From: Alphaproteobacteria bacterium
GTDB lineage: Bacteria > Pseudomonadota > Alphaproteobacteria > UBA9219
NCBI GenBank assembly: GCA_034002905.1
Contig: JAVEZQ010000004.1
Coordinates: 4,175-68,174 of the forward strand
DNA length: 64,000 nt
Direction: 5' to 3'
Of this stretch, positions 37,331 to 49,171 are shown piece by piece (position 1 is the first letter of the stretch; each line of letters opens with the position of its first letter). The notes under the pieces were generated by a model that was not told the DNA's origin, did not search any database, and was given only the letters and a program-made list of their open reading frames with translations. The position numbers and the translations under genes are program-made.

Positions 37331-39199
37331 ATGAGTGAGCAAGAATTCGACGTGATTGTGATTGGTGGCGGCCATGCGGGAGCCGATGCAGCGGCTGCTT
37401 CAGCGCGCCTTGGCGCTCAAACCCTCCTTGCGACACACAAGATTGCAACGCTGGGCGAAATGTCCTGTAATCCTGCTATCGGCGGTCTGGGCAAGGGACA
37501 GATGGTGCGCGAAATTGACGCGCTTGATGGGCTGATGGGCCGCGTCGCCGATGCCGCCGGAATCCAGTTTCGTGTTCTTAATCGCAGCAAGGGCCCAGCC
37601 GTACGCGGGCCACGCTGTCAGGCTGATCGCAAGCTTTATCGTCAAGCTATGCAGGCCGCCCTGCTCGCCCAGCCTCATCTGACCGTCGAGGAAATAGCTG
37701 TTGAGGATTTGACGCGCTTGCCCGATGGACGGTTTCGGATTGCTTCGGCCGAGGGCGTCGAACGCTTTGCGCGCGCCGTGATCGTAACCGTGGGGACGTT
37801 TCTGAACGGACTGATGCATGTTGGTGAGGAAAAAATTATAGGCGGCCGTATTGACGAGCCGCCTTCCGTTGGCCTTTCTAATGCATTGAAAAACCTTGGT
37901 TTTGAATTGGGGCGCTTGAAAACGGGGACACCCGCTCGCCTTGATGGCCGGACGATCAAGTGGGATCTTTTGGAGATGCAGGAGGGGGACAACCCGCCGG
38001 AACCCTTCTCGGCCCTGACCCGCGTTATTCCGAACCGCCAGATTGCCTGTGGCATCACGCATACGTCGTCCGTGACGCATGAGGTCATTCGCTCGAATAT
38101 GCACCGCGCCCCCCTCTTTTCAGGCCAGATTAAGGGAGTCGGGCCACGCTATTGCCCCTCGATCGAGGACAAGATTATTCGCTTTGCTTCTCGCGAGCGG
38201 CACCAGATCTTTTTGGAGCCGGAGGGCCTTGACGATTATACGGTTTATCCGAATGGCATTTCGACCTCCCTGCCCCGCGATGTGCAGGACGAGATGATCC
38301 ACTCGATCTATGGGCTCGAGGATGTGGTGATCTTGCGCCATGGCTATGCGGTCGAATATGATTTCAGCGACCCACGTGAGCTTCGTGCGACGCTGGAAAC
38401 CAAGCGCGTTCCCAACCTTTACTTTGCGGGCCAGATCAACGCCACGACGGGTTATGAAGAAGCGGCAGGTCAGGGCTTGATGGCTGGATTGAATGCCGTC
38501 CTCAAGCTTCAGGGCAAGGAACCCTTTATTCTGGGGCGGGACGAGTCCTATTTGGGCGTGATGATCGATGATTTGATCACCAAGGGTACGAACGAGCCCT
38601 ACCGGATGTTCACGTCGCGGGCCGAATATCGCCTGACCTTGCGGGCCGACAATGCCGATCAGCGGCTAACCCCTCGGGGGCTCGCCTTGGGCTGTGTTGG
38701 GGCTGCACGTGCGGACGCCTTTGAGACCAAAAGTGCGGCTCTGAGCCAAGCCCGTGTTTTAGCGAGCCGTTTGGATGGTACGCCGCAGTTTTTGGCTGAA
38801 AAAGGCCTGAAGATTAATCAGGACGGCGTCCGTCGCTCGGCAAGCCAGCTTCTGGCCTATCCAGATGTCACTTTTGACCAGCTCGCGGCCATTTGGCCCG
38901 AACTGGCGTCGATTGAGCCTTCTATAGCGGCGCAGCTCGTCGTCGATAGCGCCTATGCAGGCTATGTCCAGCGCCAAGATTCGGATATTCGGGCTTATCG
39001 CAAAGATGAAGCGCTCAGCCTCCCCCTTGATCTCGATTACGATGCCGTTGGGAGTCTTTCCAACGAAATCCGCCAAAAGCTCAAGCAAGTCCGCCCTGAA
39101 ACGCTCGGCGCGGCCGGACGCATTCCAGGCGTGACCCCGGCTGCCGTCGTGGCCCTCTTGCGTTACGCTCGTCGCGCACGGGCACAGGAAACGGCATGA
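37331..39199 (+). CDS. mnmG: tRNA uridine 5-carboxymethylaminomethyl modification enzyme MnmG (GidA)
   Basis: FAD-binding [14 protein letters not shown], about 620 aa, GidA pattern. Confidence 0.9.
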   Translation: MSEQEFDVIVIGGGHAGADAAAASARLGAQTLLATHKIATLGEMSCNPAIGGLGKGQMVREIDALDGLMGRVADAAGIQFRVLNRSKGPAVRGPRCQADRKLYRQAMQAALLAQPHLTVEEIAVEDLTRLPDGRFRIASAEGVERFARAVIVTVGTFLNGLMHVGEEKIIGGRIDEPPSVGLSNALKNLGFELGRLKTGTPARLDGRTIKWDLLEMQEGDNPPEPFSALTRVIPNRQIACGITHTSSVTHEVIRSNMHRAPLFSGQIKGVGPRYCPSIEDKIIRFASRERHQIFLEPEGLDDYTVYPNGISTSLPRDVQDEMIHSIYGLEDVVILRHGYAVEYDFSDPRELRATLETKRVPNLYFAGQINATTGYEEAAGQGLMAGLNAVLKLQGKEPFILGRDESYLGVMIDDLITKGTNEPYRMFTSRAEYRLTLRADNADQRLTPRGLALGCVGAARADAFETKSAALSQARVLASRLDGTPQFLAEKGLKINQDGVRRSASQLLAYPDVTFDQLAAIWPELASIEPSIAAQLVVDSAYAGYVQRQDSDIRAYRKDEALSLPLDLDYDAVGSLSNEIRQKLKQVRPETLGAAGRIPGVTPAAVVALLRYARRARAQETA

Positions 39200-39885
39200 T
39201 AGGCGAGAGGGAGGCCCAAAAGGCCCTTTGGCGCCTTCTTCAGGTTCCATATGGAACACCATGGGCTGTTTCCCATGAAACAGCGCAAGCGCGTCTGACC
39301 CGTTATGCCGATCTCCTCAAGGACTGGTCGGCGCGCATGAACCTTGTGGCCCCAAGCACCCTTCCCCAGCTTTGGCAAAGGCATCTGTTGGATTCGGCGC
39401 AGCTTCTCCCCCTGCTTCCACGGGAAACATCTTGTTTGGTCGATATGGGCAGCGGCGCAGGGTTTCCTGGCCTTGTTTTGGCGGCTTTGGGTGTCCCAGA
39501 GGTGCATTTGATCGAGAGTATCGGGAAGAAGGCCCGCTTTTTAGAGGCTGTGGCTGCCGATTTGTCCCTGAACATTATTGTTCACAATTGCCGTTTGGAG
39601 GCCATCAGGGGCCTGAAGGCTGATGTCGTCACAGCGCGTGCCTTGACGTCTTTGCCGGACTTGTTGCGTTATGCGGCTCCTTTCATGGGCCCTTCTTCCG
39701 TTGCGTTGTTTCTGAAGGGCGAAAAAGCGCCGTCAGAATTGACAGAAGCACGGAAATATTGGACATTCACTTGTGAAGAGACTCCCAGCCTAACTGCACC
39801 GACCGGTGTGGTTCTCGCAATCTGCAAGCTGAAGGCCCATAAAGATCATGACCCAAGACGAAAACACGCTAAATCAAAACGATAA
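39196..39885 (+). CDS. rsmG: 16S rRNA (guanine527-N7)-methyltransferase RsmG (GidB)
   Basis: SAM motif [12 protein letters not shown]. Overlaps the mnmG stop. Confidence 0.85.
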   Translation: MIGEREAQKALWRLLQVPYGTPWAVSHETAQARLTRYADLLKDWSARMNLVAPSTLPQLWQRHLLDSAQLLPLLPRETSCLVDMGSGAGFPGLVLAALGVPEVHLIESIGKKARFLEAVAADLSLNIIVHNCRLEAIRGLKADVVTARALTSLPDLLRYAAPFMGPSSVALFLKGEKAPSELTEARKYWTFTCEETPSLTAPTGVVLAICKLKAHKDHDPRRKHAKSKR

Positions 39886-40699
39886 CCCGTTTTTGTCTCA
39901 ACAATCGAACGACTGCCGCGTCATAGCTGTAGTTAATCAAAAGGGCGGCGTTGGTAAAACAACAACAGCTGTCAATCTTGCTACCGCGATGGCTGCCGTG
40001 GGCAAGCGTGTCCTGATTGTTGATGCCGATCCACAGGGCAATGCCTCGACGGGCTTTGGGATTGCACGGGCCGAGCGGGGCGTTGGGTGTTACGAGTTGA
40101 TGTTCGACGGCATGTCGGTTGAAGATTGCGCTGTGCCGACCCCTATTCCCAATCTCTCCATCATTACGTCTTCGGCCGATCTGGCTGGCGCAGAGATCCA
40201 GCTGGTCAATGAAGAAAATCGTGAATCCCGTATGAAGACGGCACTGGAGCGCAGCGCCAAAGATTATGATTACGTCCTGATCGATTGTCCCCCTTCCCTC
40301 AATCTTATCACGCTGAATGCGCTTGTGGCCGCCCACGCTTTGCTTGTGCCGCTGCAGGTCGAGTTTTACGCGCTCGAGGGCATGAGCAGTTTGTTACAAA
40401 CAGTCGAAGCTGTGCGGGCGCGGTTTAATCCGGCGCTTGAAATACAGGGTGTCGTGTTGACGATGTATGACAAGCGCAACAGCCTTTCCGATGCGGTGGC
40501 GAGCGATGTGCGGACTTTCTTTGGCGCACAGGTTTACGAAACAATTATCCCTCGCAATGTGCGCATTTCCGAAGCGCCATCTCATGGAAAGCCCGTGCTG
40601 CTTTATGATCTGAAATGCTCTGGCAGCCGAGCTTATATGCTGTTGGCCAGTGAAATCCTGCGGCAAGAAGAGCGCCGGATCGAAGCTTCTGCCGCCTAA
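39848..40699 (+). CDS. parA: Chromosome partitioning ATPase ParA (start may be TTG at about 39893 to avoid the 38-nt overlap with rsmG)
   Basis: Deviant Walker A NQKGGVGKTTTAVNLA. Confidence 0.85.
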   Translation: MTQDENTLNQNDNPFLSQQSNDCRVIAVVNQKGGVGKTTTAVNLATAMAAVGKRVLIVDADPQGNASTGFGIARAERGVGCYELMFDGMSVEDCAVPTPIPNLSIITSSADLAGAEIQLVNEENRESRMKTALERSAKDYDYVLIDCPPSLNLITLNALVAAHALLVPLQVEFYALEGMSSLLQTVEAVRARFNPALEIQGVVLTMYDKRNSLSDAVASDVRTFFGAQVYETIIPRNVRISEAPSHGKPVLLYDLKCSGSRAYMLLASEILRQEERRIEASAA

Positions 40700-40723
40700 C
40701 CCAACAAGAAAGAGTCATTCGCT

Positions 40724-41641
40724 ATGAACGCAAAAGCCCAAGCAAAACCCGCTCCTCTTGGACGGGGCCTTTCCGCTCTCTTTGGCGATGCCGATGTTTC
40801 TTATCAGCCTAAAAATACGGGCGCGGCCCCCTCTTCCGTTTCTGTGGCTGGGCCAGTACAGACGGTACCGCAGAAATTGCCGATCGAATGGATTCAGCCC
40901 GGCGCCTTTCAACCGCGGCGTCATTTTGACGACACAGCCATTCGCGAGCTTGCGGATTCCATTAAAGAGCGTGGTATTCTGCAGCCCTTGATGGTTCGTC
41001 CGCTTGGGGGCGAAAAAGATTCGTACGAGATTATTGCGGGTGAGCGGCGTTGGCGGGCCGCGCAACTCGTCGGCCTTCACGAGGTGCCGGTCTTAATCCG
41101 TTCCTTCACGGATCGCGAAGCGATGGAAATCGGCTTGATCGAGAATGTGCAGCGTCAGGATCTGTCTTTGATCGAAGAGGCTGAAGGCTATCGCCGTTTG
41201 ATCGAAGAGTTTCAGCATACGCAGGACAATCTTGCCAAGATTGTCGGTAAAAGCCGACCCCATATTGCAAACCTTTTACGACTCCTTAAGCTGCCGGCAC
41301 CGGTTAGGCACATGCTCAATGAAGGGACTCTGAGCATGGGGCACGCACGAGCCATTGTTACGGCGGACGATCCGGAGACGGTGGCCAAAGAAATTATCAA
41401 AAAAGGGCTGAATGTACGACAAGCCGAAGCCTTGGCTAAAAAACTATCCGATGGGCGCTTCGCTAAAAAGGAACGCACGCGGAAAGATATAGACCCAAAT
41501 ATTCTTGCAATAGAAAATAATTTACAAAATACGTTAGGGGTGAAAGTTCGGCTCCAGTCAAATGGCACAACCGGAGCGTTAGTCCTTCATTATAGTGACT
41601 TGGATCAACTTGATCTTGTCCTAAAGAAATTACAGGCATAA
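40724..41641 (+). CDS. parB: Chromosome partitioning protein ParB
   Basis: ParB box GERRWRAA and an HTH region. Confidence 0.85.
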   Translation: MNAKAQAKPAPLGRGLSALFGDADVSYQPKNTGAAPSSVSVAGPVQTVPQKLPIEWIQPGAFQPRRHFDDTAIRELADSIKERGILQPLMVRPLGGEKDSYEIIAGERRWRAAQLVGLHEVPVLIRSFTDREAMEIGLIENVQRQDLSLIEEAEGYRRLIEEFQHTQDNLAKIVGKSRPHIANLLRLLKLPAPVRHMLNEGTLSMGHARAIVTADDPETVAKEIIKKGLNVRQAEALAKKLSDGRFAKKERTRKDIDPNILAIENNLQNTLGVKVRLQSNGTTGALVLHYSDLDQLDLVLKKLQA

Positions 41642-41837
41642 CCCAAAATCCGATAAATAAGCATCCTTTTTTCAAATGGATAAACCCCGACGCGCACTGT
41701 GGGTTCTTTTGAGCGTGTGTTGAATAAAACACGCAAAGGTTGTCGGGCTTACGCGATTCATTTTTTATTAACCAAACCGCAGCCAACATCGTTTTTACGA
41801 GAAACAACGAAAAAACATATACGGGTGCGGGGGATCA

Positions 41838-43520
41838 ATGTTAGCGAAAATGAAAATTGCTTGGAAACTTATTGGGCTACTGGTTGTGGCCATCATCGGG
41901 TTTGCCTGGATGGGGTATAGCACTGCTATAGGGGCAAAGAGCCTGATGATGGAAGGGCGCAAGACAGAAATTATGCATATTGTCGAGTCGGCAACGAAAA
42001 TTATTGAATCTTTTTATAATTTGGAAAAAACCGGAGCTCTTTCACAAGAAGAGGCAAAAAAACGCGCGTTTGATGCGGTGCGCGCCCTCCGCTACGACGG
42101 TGAAAACTATGTTTTTGTGTTCGAGGGGGATGGTCTGACACGGGCCCTTGCGCCAAAGCCGGAAAACGAAGGCACAAGCATGTTTGAAGCCAAGGATGCA
42201 AAAGGCATCTTATACGTCAAAGAAATGATTATGAACGCGCGGAGAGGCGGAGATTTTCTTTTCTATGAATTTCCCCGTCCAGGAGAAACTGCTGCCAGTC
42301 CAAAGATCGGGTACTCAAATGCGTTTAAGCCATGGGACTTGATGATTGGCACTGGCGCTTACATCGACGATATCAATGAAGCTTTTGTCAAAGAACGTAA
42401 CAAACAACTCATCCAGACACTGGTTCTGATCTTGCTGTTTGTTGTTGGCGGGGTTGTGATCAGCCAGAGCATTGCTGGGCCGTTGAAGAAAATAACCGAA
42501 GCTATGCGAAGATTGGCTGATGGCGACAAAGGTATTGTTGTCAATTTCACAGAGTATAAAAACGAGATCGGCGAATTGGCGCGCGCCTTGTTAATTTTTA
42601 AGGAGAGCGCGATCAAGGTCGATCGTCTTCAAGCAGAGCAAAAAGAAGCGGAAGCGCGCGCAGAAACGGCGCGCCGGGAGGCGATGCTTGAAATGGCCGA
42701 TCGGTTTGAACAGAGCGTTAAGGGCATTGTCGCAACGGTTTCTGCGGCAGCCACAGAGATGCAAAGTAGTGCTAAAGGGCTTGCGGACACGGCTGAGGAA
42801 ACGACGCGTCAGTCGGTCTCGGTGAGCGGGGCTGCTGAAAGTGCGGCGCAAGGCGTTCAAACCGTAGCATCGGCAGCCGAGGAGCTTAATGCGTCGATTG
42901 CCGAGATTACAAAGCAAACAAATGAAACCGTGCGCGTTGCGAGCCGATGTGTCAGCGAGGCGGAAGCCACCAGCACAGAGGTCCAGACCTTGAGCAAGGC
43001 CTCGGAAGACATTGAAAGCGTCGTCAATTTAATTGAGGACATTGCAAATCAGGTCAATCTTCTGGCGCTCAATGCAACAATCGAAGCCGCACGCGCCGGA
43101 GAAGCGGGCAAGGGGTTCGCTGTTGTGGCGGGTGAGGTCAAGAATTTGGCCAACCAGACAGGCCAGGCGACCAAGGAAATTGCGGCCCAGATCAGCAACA
43201 TTCAGGAAAAGACAAAAAATGCGGCGGCAAGTATCACGCATATTTCCGATACAATCAAAAACGTGAATGAAATATCGACGACTGTCGCCTCGGCAGCCGA
43301 AGAACAAGGCGCCGCAACGCAGGAAATATCGCGCTCTGTTCAAAAAACAGCAGAGGACACAGACCTCGTTTCGTCGAACATAACCCATGTGAAGCAGGCG
43401 GCAGAGGAAACAGCGGCGGCGTCAACACAACTCTTGAACACAGCCGAGCAATTGGCTCATGAATCCGAAACCTTGCGCCTGAAGGTCGATGAGTTCATCG
43501 CCCATATACGCAGCGCGTAA
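41838..43520 (+). CDS. Methyl-accepting chemotaxis protein (single-Cache sensor, HAMP, MCP signalling domain)
   Basis: N-terminal TM, periplasmic sCache-like domain, then a second TM. HAMP. Highly conserved MA core [31 protein letters not shown]. Confidence 0.85.
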   Translation: MLAKMKIAWKLIGLLVVAIIGFAWMGYSTAIGAKSLMMEGRKTEIMHIVESATKIIESFYNLEKTGALSQEEAKKRAFDAVRALRYDGENYVFVFEGDGLTRALAPKPENEGTSMFEAKDAKGILYVKEMIMNARRGGDFLFYEFPRPGETAASPKIGYSNAFKPWDLMIGTGAYIDDINEAFVKERNKQLIQTLVLILLFVVGGVVISQSIAGPLKKITEAMRRLADGDKGIVVNFTEYKNEIGELARALLIFKESAIKVDRLQAEQKEAEARAETARREAMLEMADRFEQSVKGIVATVSAAATEMQSSAKGLADTAEETTRQSVSVSGAAESAAQGVQTVASAAEELNASIAEITKQTNETVRVASRCVSEAEATSTEVQTLSKASEDIESVVNLIEDIANQVNLLALNATIEAARAGEAGKGFAVVAGEVKNLANQTGQATKEIAAQISNIQEKTKNAAASITHISDTIKNVNEISTTVASAAEEQGAATQEISRSVQKTAEDTDLVSSNITHVKQAAEETAAASTQLLNTAEQLAHESETLRLKVDEFIAHIRSA

Positions 43521-43540
43521 GCAAGAGTCCTGTTGATCAA

Positions 43541-43570
43541 GGCGGGGGTCTCGTCCCCCGCCTTTTTTGT
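43541..43570 (+). terminator. rho-independent terminator after the MCP gene
   Basis: GGCGGGGGTCTCGTCCCCCGCCTTTTTTGT. Confidence 0.8.
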
Positions 43571-43819
43571 GTGATGTAATTTCAGCGCAAGGGAGAAATG
43601 GTTTTTAAACAGTCTTTGCCAAAATCAGGTAGGGATTTTTTCTCTCCAGATTAGCAGAAACACACCAAGCTCTTTGAGACCAGTGCGAGCATAAAATTGT
43701 CTAGTGTTTGCATAATGTGGATCTAGGGGATGTGATGAAAGTGTCTTTACAAATAAAAACGTGTTCCCGATATTCTGGGCCTTTTTCTCTGCTTCACGAA
43801 CAAGCGCTATACCACGTGC

Positions 43820-44068
43820 CTATGGAAGTTGGGGCGTAAGCCTATCACGAAAAGTTCTGCGGCGTCTTGTGAACTTTCTTTGAAAGAAAGAAAGAAAGCC
43901 AACATATGTGCGGGCATCATCAAAGCAGCCCAGCATTAAGAGGCACGCCGACTCTTGTGCATATTTTTTTGTTGCGTCTGCCCGGCCAAACCATTTGGGC
44001 AAGAGGTTCAGAATTCTCTGATAGAGGTTGGCTTTGTTCTTTGTGACTTCTTTAATGAAGAAAGGCAT
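43820..44068 (-). CDS. hypothetical small protein (82 aa) containing a (GAAA)4 repeat
   Basis: ORF in a 536-bp otherwise non-coding gap. Low support. Confidence 0.2.
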   Translation of the reverse strand: MPFFIKEVTKNKANLYQRILNLLPKWFGRADATKKYAQESACLLMLGCFDDARTYVGFLSFFQRKFTRRRRTFRDRLTPQLP

Positions 44069-44106
44069 GCACGGGGCGTCCTTTTAGGCGCGGCTACAAA
44101 AAAGTT

Positions 44107-45126
44107 TTAGGGCTTGGCTGCGATAGAGAGCACGAGCTGGGCGCACTGGGTAGTGTCGGGGGCTCCCGTGCGTTTCACGGCAGCTTCCGCCTCGGCTAGT
44201 TGCGCAAGACGACGCTCGCATTTTTCCAAGCTCCATCGTTGAAGTTGGGCAAGCATGGGCTTTTCCTGTTTCCAGAATACGGGGGGGCGAAGTTTTTTTA
44301 GAGCCGCTTCGGCGCTCGCGCCATTTTGTTTGTGGGCTAAGGCCATTTGAAGGCGCAACAAATGCCGTTGTAGTGCCCGAAAGATGGCGACGGGTGATGT
44401 CTGTTCCTCATAAAGGTGGGCGAGGATCTGTTGTGACTCGGCGACATGGCCAAGCAAGGTTGATTGCACCAGTTCGTCAAGATTTGCTGCGCCGGCATCA
44501 CTGATGATGGCGCGCACATCGTCCAGCTCGATGTGCTTTTTATCTGTGACATAAAGAAAGAGCTTATCCATCTCTTGCTGTTGCGCCAGCCGGTCAGGCG
44601 GCAGAACGTCGCCAAGAAAGCGGATCACCTCGGGTCGCGCGGTCAAGCTGTTAGCCTGAATCAAAGCGGCGATCGTTTTGGCTTTGGCGGCCCCCTCCTC
44701 CACATAACAGGCGATCGCGACAACTTCGTTCGCGGCGGCTTCGGCTGCGACGCGAAGTTTTGATCGTTTCTCAAGATCGCCTGCTTCTATAAGAAGAAGC
44801 CCGTTGCCAGCAGGCATCTCGGCAATCACGCGCGCAACTTCTTCTGCGTTGCTTTCGATAGCGCGTTGCAAGCGCACTAGACGCCGCCCTCCCCCGAATG
44901 GCGGTGTTGCCATTTCATCGAAAAGACGACCGCGCTCGTCTTTGATCTCGTTTCCCAGAAAACGGGAAACGGCAAACGGATCGTTTTTATCCGGTACGGC
45001 CCATGACGCTAGCTTTTCGGCAAGGAAGCTGACCTGTCCCGTATCGGGACCATAGATGAGAATAATGCGAACCGAAGGATCGGGATTTTTGATAAACTTG
45101 TCTGCTTGGGCGGCGGAAAGTTTCAT
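44107..45126 (-). CDS. holA: DNA polymerase III delta subunit
   Basis: 339 aa. Clamp-loader delta pattern. Conserved leuS-lptE-holA order. Confidence 0.75.
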   Translation of the reverse strand: MKLSAAQADKFIKNPDPSVRIILIYGPDTGQVSFLAEKLASWAVPDKNDPFAVSRFLGNEIKDERGRLFDEMATPPFGGGRRLVRLQRAIESNAEEVARVIAEMPAGNGLLLIEAGDLEKRSKLRVAAEAAANEVVAIACYVEEGAAKAKTIAALIQANSLTARPEVIRFLGDVLPPDRLAQQQEMDKLFLYVTDKKHIELDDVRAIISDAGAANLDELVQSTLLGHVAESQQILAHLYEEQTSPVAIFRALQRHLLRLQMALAHKQNGASAEAALKKLRPPVFWKQEKPMLAQLQRWSLEKCERRLAQLAEAEAAVKRTGAPDTTQCAQLVLSIAAKP

Positions 45127-45132
45127 GCCGGA

Positions 45133-45708
45133 TTATCGAGCCCGTGGCAGAGATTGCGGGATATCGTCTCTTTGCGCAACATGGGCTTTATTCGAAGCGG
45201 GGGAGTGTTCTTTTTCCGCGTAATAGAGGCTAAGGCCATTGATGATCTGTTCGCTGATTTCGATCATCGCGCGTTTGTAGGAGTCACGTTGCGTCGAAAG
45301 CGTGCCATATTGCGCATCCAGTTTGCTGTAGCTTGCCGTGCTGGACGCGACGCCGCTGAAGAGCGCTTTTTGTGTGATCGTTGACGTCAGGGTGTAACTC
45401 GCCGTCATGGTCAGCTGGCTGCGCATTGTGGTTGCGTCTTTTTGCAAACCAAGGCTGGTTTCACGCGTTTTGAGCACAACGGACAAGCTTGCCATCGGAT
45501 TTTTTGGGCGTCCCTTGAAATAGAGACGGTCGATAAGTTTGTTGCGTAAAGACTGGCCCTGTTCGTCAGGGATGTTTTCGACATAGATGCTGTTAAGCGC
45601 CTGCGCTACGGCGGGGCGGTCGGCGCCCTTATCTCCATAAACCGGAGAAAAACCGCAGCCAACCAAACCCAGAAGGCTCAACAGAGCCAAACCCCGCGCA
45701 ATGTTCAT
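45133..45708 (-). CDS. lptE: LPS-assembly lipoprotein LptE
   Basis: Lipoprotein signal LLGLVGCGF. About 190 aa. Position downstream of leuS. Confidence 0.75.
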   Translation of the reverse strand: MNIARGLALLSLLGLVGCGFSPVYGDKGADRPAVAQALNSIYVENIPDEQGQSLRNKLIDRLYFKGRPKNPMASLSVVLKTRETSLGLQKDATTMRSQLTMTASYTLTSTITQKALFSGVASSTASYSKLDAQYGTLSTQRDSYKRAMIEISEQIINGLSLYYAEKEHSPASNKAHVAQRDDIPQSLPRAR

Positions 45709-45721
45709 CTTGCCTCGCTAC

Positions 45722-48298
45722 CTATGCCGCTACGATGTTGACGATTTTGTTTGGTACGATGATTATTTTTTTGACCGATAGGCCTTCAAGGGCGCGTTTG
45801 ACGCCCTCTTGCCCCAAAGCCGCGGTTTCCATGGTTGCTTTGTCGGCGTCTTTGGCGATCTGGATCGTTGCACGGAGCTTGCCATTGACCTGAACCGCGA
45901 TGGTTGCGCTTGTTTCGACAAGCAACGCCGGATCGGCTTTGGGCCAGATCGACTTAACCAATGGAACACGATGTCCCAGCTGTTGCCACAACTCTTCGGT
46001 AATGTGGGGCAGCATGGGGTTGAGCAAGCGGACTAACATTTCAAGCCCTTCGCGCAAAGCAAAGCCATCGCCCTGCCCGCTTCCGTCCAGCTCGTCCAGT
46101 GCATTGCTCAATTCACGCGCGCGCGCCACAGCGCGATTGAAGTGGAACCCTTCCAAATCTTGTGTGAACTCGACGATGGTTTTGTGCGTCATTTGGCGTA
46201 CGATGAGCGCCTTGTCGCCAAAGCTGGCTGGAGCCGCCTCGTCGGGAGCCGCTATGGCGAATTTAGGCTCCGTCACGCAACGCCACAGGCGATTGACATA
46301 ACGCCAGCATCCTTCCACACCAGCCTCGGTCCATTCGATATCGCGTTCAGGTGGGCTATCGGAGAGAACAAACAGACGTGCCGTATCCGCACCATACAGA
46401 TCGATAATCTGTCCCGGATCGACGACGTTCTTTTTCGATTTGCTCATAACCTCGACGCGGCCAACGTTTACGGGATACCCCGTTTTGACATGGACGGCGG
46501 TGCCGTCGCTGTTCTTCTTGACCTCTTCGGGATAGAGCCATTCGCCCTGCTCGTCCTTATAGGATTCATGGCAGATCATGCCTTGCGTAAACAGGCCGTC
46601 AAAGGGCTCATCAATGTCGATATAGCCGCAGGCCTTCATCGCGCGTGTGAAAAAGCGGGAATAGAGCAAGTGCAAAATGGCATGCTCGACACCGCCGACA
46701 TACTGATCGACGGGCATCCAGTAATCCATGTCGGCCTTTTCCACGGGCTTGTCTTCGCACGAGGCCGAGCAATAACGCGCATAGTACCAGCTGGAGTCGA
46801 CAAAGGTATCGCACGTGTCTGTTTCGCGAATGGCGGGCTTGCCGCATTTCGGGCAGTTCACATGCTTCCATGTGGGATGGCAGTCTAGTGGATTGCCGGG
46901 GCGGCCAATCTCGGCATCGTCGGGAAGCTTGACGGGCAAATCCTTTTCTGGAACAGGCACAGCGCCGCACGCATCGCAGTGGATGATGGGGATAGGACAG
47001 CCCCAATAACGCTGACGGCTGATGCACCAATCGCGCAGACGATATTGCACCGTGCCCTTCCCTGCGCCCACCTCTTCCACGCGTTTGATCGCAGTCTTAA
47101 TGGCGGCCTCTGTGTTAAGGCCATCGAGGAAATCGGAGTTAAAGGCTTTGCCCGGCCCTGTATAGGCTTCGTTGCCAACGGTAAAGCTGGCGGGATCTTC
47201 ACCCTCCGGCAGAACGACGGCTTTAACGGGCAGATTATATTTGCGGGCAAAATCAAGGTCGCGTTGGTCATGCGCGGGACAGCCAAAAATGGCGCCGGTG
47301 CCGTATTCGACGAGCACAAAATTGGCGACATAGACAGGAAGCTTCCATGCCGGGTCAAAGGGGTGTTCAACGGTTGCTCCCGTGTCCATACCCAGTTTTT
47401 CGCCCTTTTCAATGTCGACGATGCTTGTGCCCGTACGGTTGCATTCGGTGCAGAAGGCAGCAAGCTTTTCGTTTTTGGCGGCAAGCTTTTTCGCAAAAGG
47501 ATGATTGGCGGAGATGGCAACAAAAGATGCGCCAAACAATGTGTCGGGACGCGTAGTGAAGACCTCGATCTTTTCGTCTTCACTTCCCGCAACAAAAAAT
47601 TGAACATAGGCGCCCTCGGATTTTCCAATCCAATTTTCCTGCATCAACCGGACTTTATCGGGCCAGCGCTCCAAGGTTTTGAGGGATTGCAATAACTCTT
47701 CGGAATAGGCGGTGATTTTAAAGAACCATTGTGAGAGTAGCTTTTTCTCGACAAGGGCTCCAGAGCGCCACCCTCTTCCATCGATAACTTGTTCATTGGC
47801 CAAGACCGTATTGTCAACGGGATCCCAATTTGCCCATGCTTCTTTGCGATAGACCAGCCCTTGCTTCAGGAAATCCAGAAACAGCTTCTGTTGGTGTTTG
47901 TAATAGGAGGCATCACAGGTCGCGAGTTCGCGCTCCCAATCTAGCGACAGACCCATGCGGACCAGCTCGGCCTTCATGTTCTTGATGTTGTCATAGGTCC
48001 ATGTAGCGGGGTCGGTGTTGCTTTTGCGCGCAGCGTTTTCAGCGGGCAGGCCAAAGGCATCCCAGCCCATCGGATGAAGGACGTTAAAGCCAAGCGCCCT
48101 TTTATAGCGGGCAACCACATCGCCCAGTGTATAGTTGCGGACATGGCCCATATGGATGCGGCCGGAAGGATAGGGAAGCATGGAAAGCGTGTAATGCTTG
48201 GGCCTTGTGGGGTCTGTTATGGCCCTAAACGATTGATTTTCCTGCCAATATTGTTGCCACTTGGTCTCGGTGACCTGAACATTATATCTTTCTGACAT
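45722..48298 (-). CDS. leuS: Leucyl-tRNA synthetase
   Basis: HMGH ([15 protein letters not shown]) and KMSKS (VMSKSKKN) motifs. 858 aa. Confidence 0.95.
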   Translation of the reverse strand: MSERYNVQVTETKWQQYWQENQSFRAITDPTRPKHYTLSMLPYPSGRIHMGHVRNYTLGDVVARYKRALGFNVLHPMGWDAFGLPAENAARKSNTDPATWTYDNIKNMKAELVRMGLSLDWERELATCDASYYKHQQKLFLDFLKQGLVYRKEAWANWDPVDNTVLANEQVIDGRGWRSGALVEKKLLSQWFFKITAYSEELLQSLKTLERWPDKVRLMQENWIGKSEGAYVQFFVAGSEDEKIEVFTTRPDTLFGASFVAISANHPFAKKLAAKNEKLAAFCTECNRTGTSIVDIEKGEKLGMDTGATVEHPFDPAWKLPVYVANFVLVEYGTGAIFGCPAHDQRDLDFARKYNLPVKAVVLPEGEDPASFTVGNEAYTGPGKAFNSDFLDGLNTEAAIKTAIKRVEEVGAGKGTVQYRLRDWCISRQRYWGCPIPIIHCDACGAVPVPEKDLPVKLPDDAEIGRPGNPLDCHPTWKHVNCPKCGKPAIRETDTCDTFVDSSWYYARYCSASCEDKPVEKADMDYWMPVDQYVGGVEHAILHLLYSRFFTRAMKACGYIDIDEPFDGLFTQGMICHESYKDEQGEWLYPEEVKKNSDGTAVHVKTGYPVNVGRVEVMSKSKKNVVDPGQIIDLYGADTARLFVLSDSPPERDIEWTEAGVEGCWRYVNRLWRCVTEPKFAIAAPDEAAPASFGDKALIVRQMTHKTIVEFTQDLEGFHFNRAVARARELSNALDELDGSGQGDGFALREGLEMLVRLLNPMLPHITEELWQQLGHRVPLVKSIWPKADPALLVETSATIAVQVNGKLRATIQIAKDADKATMETAALGQEGVKRALEGLSVKKIIIVPNKIVNIVAA

Positions 48299-48442
48299 GG
48301 TTTGCTTGCCGAATAGTTAGGGGTTTTTTAACAATTGCATCGCGTGTAAGTTAGCGCACAAAAGGAAGGAGAGCAACGGCGCTATTGTATTGGAAAGTAT
48401 ATTTTCTTGTGGCACAAAAGGCTCTGTTTTGATTTAGGAACA

Positions 48443-49051
48443 ATGATGTCCGAAAAAACGATTTTTCCGGCACCGACGAGCCTTACAGGCCTTCCGTTTG
48501 TTGGCGGGCCAAGAGGGTTTTGGCGGCGCGCGCATGTTCAGGGGTGGGTTGTTGGCACCTTGTTTAACATGGTGGCCATGCAGGCGTGTTATCCCGGATC
48601 GAAAGCGTATCTTTTGTCCGGCGGCATTACCTTTCTTGTCGGTGGGGCCGTTGCGCACAAAGTTGAGGACACGCTTGTTCGACGCGAAATAAGCTTGTAT
48701 GACTGGCTTGGTCGAACGCAAAAGAGTTGGACAACTCCTTTTTATATCGAGTCTGATTTGACGGGAGAGGGGAAGGCGTATGCCAGTTGTGTCGAGGCGC
48801 ATTATTGGCGTGATTTTGCAAAAAGGTGCGTAAAGGCAAAGGCCAAGCAGGCCGGAGCATTTGCCGGGATATCTTTCCTTCAAGCTGTAATGTTAACTGG
48901 ACTTGGTCTGCCGTGGCAAAATGCTGCCGTCTTTGTCTTTTCCAGTGCCCTGCCGCTCTGTGCAGAAATTGTAGCCGCGATGTCGCGATGGCGTGCTGTT
49001 TGGAACGACAAAAAGCGGGTTTTGCCTTTACCGAAGGCACAAAACGGCTAA
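48443..49051 (+). CDS. hypothetical membrane protein
   Basis: ORF 48407..49051. Hydrophobic segments. No family recognised. Confidence 0.4.
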   Translation: MMSEKTIFPAPTSLTGLPFVGGPRGFWRRAHVQGWVVGTLFNMVAMQACYPGSKAYLLSGGITFLVGGAVAHKVEDTLVRREISLYDWLGRTQKSWTTPFYIESDLTGEGKAYASCVEAHYWRDFAKRCVKAKAKQAGAFAGISFLQAVMLTGLGLPWQNAAVFVFSSALPLCAEIVAAMSRWRAVWNDKKRVLPLPKAQNG

Positions 49052-49171
49052 AACTTCTGGAAGACACAGAAAAATAATGAAAAAGGAAGCGTTTGCGAGC
49101 AGCGTAACGATTTGCTAAGACCCACATGGCAATATGGCAGCCAGTTTTATAGGAGCAGGAGTATAAGTGGT

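Noticed and set aside
41642-41837. parS site downstream of parB
   Set aside because: No close match to the TGTTTCACGTGAAACA consensus found by eye in this gap or elsewhere in the window. A computational scan of the whole replicon is needed.
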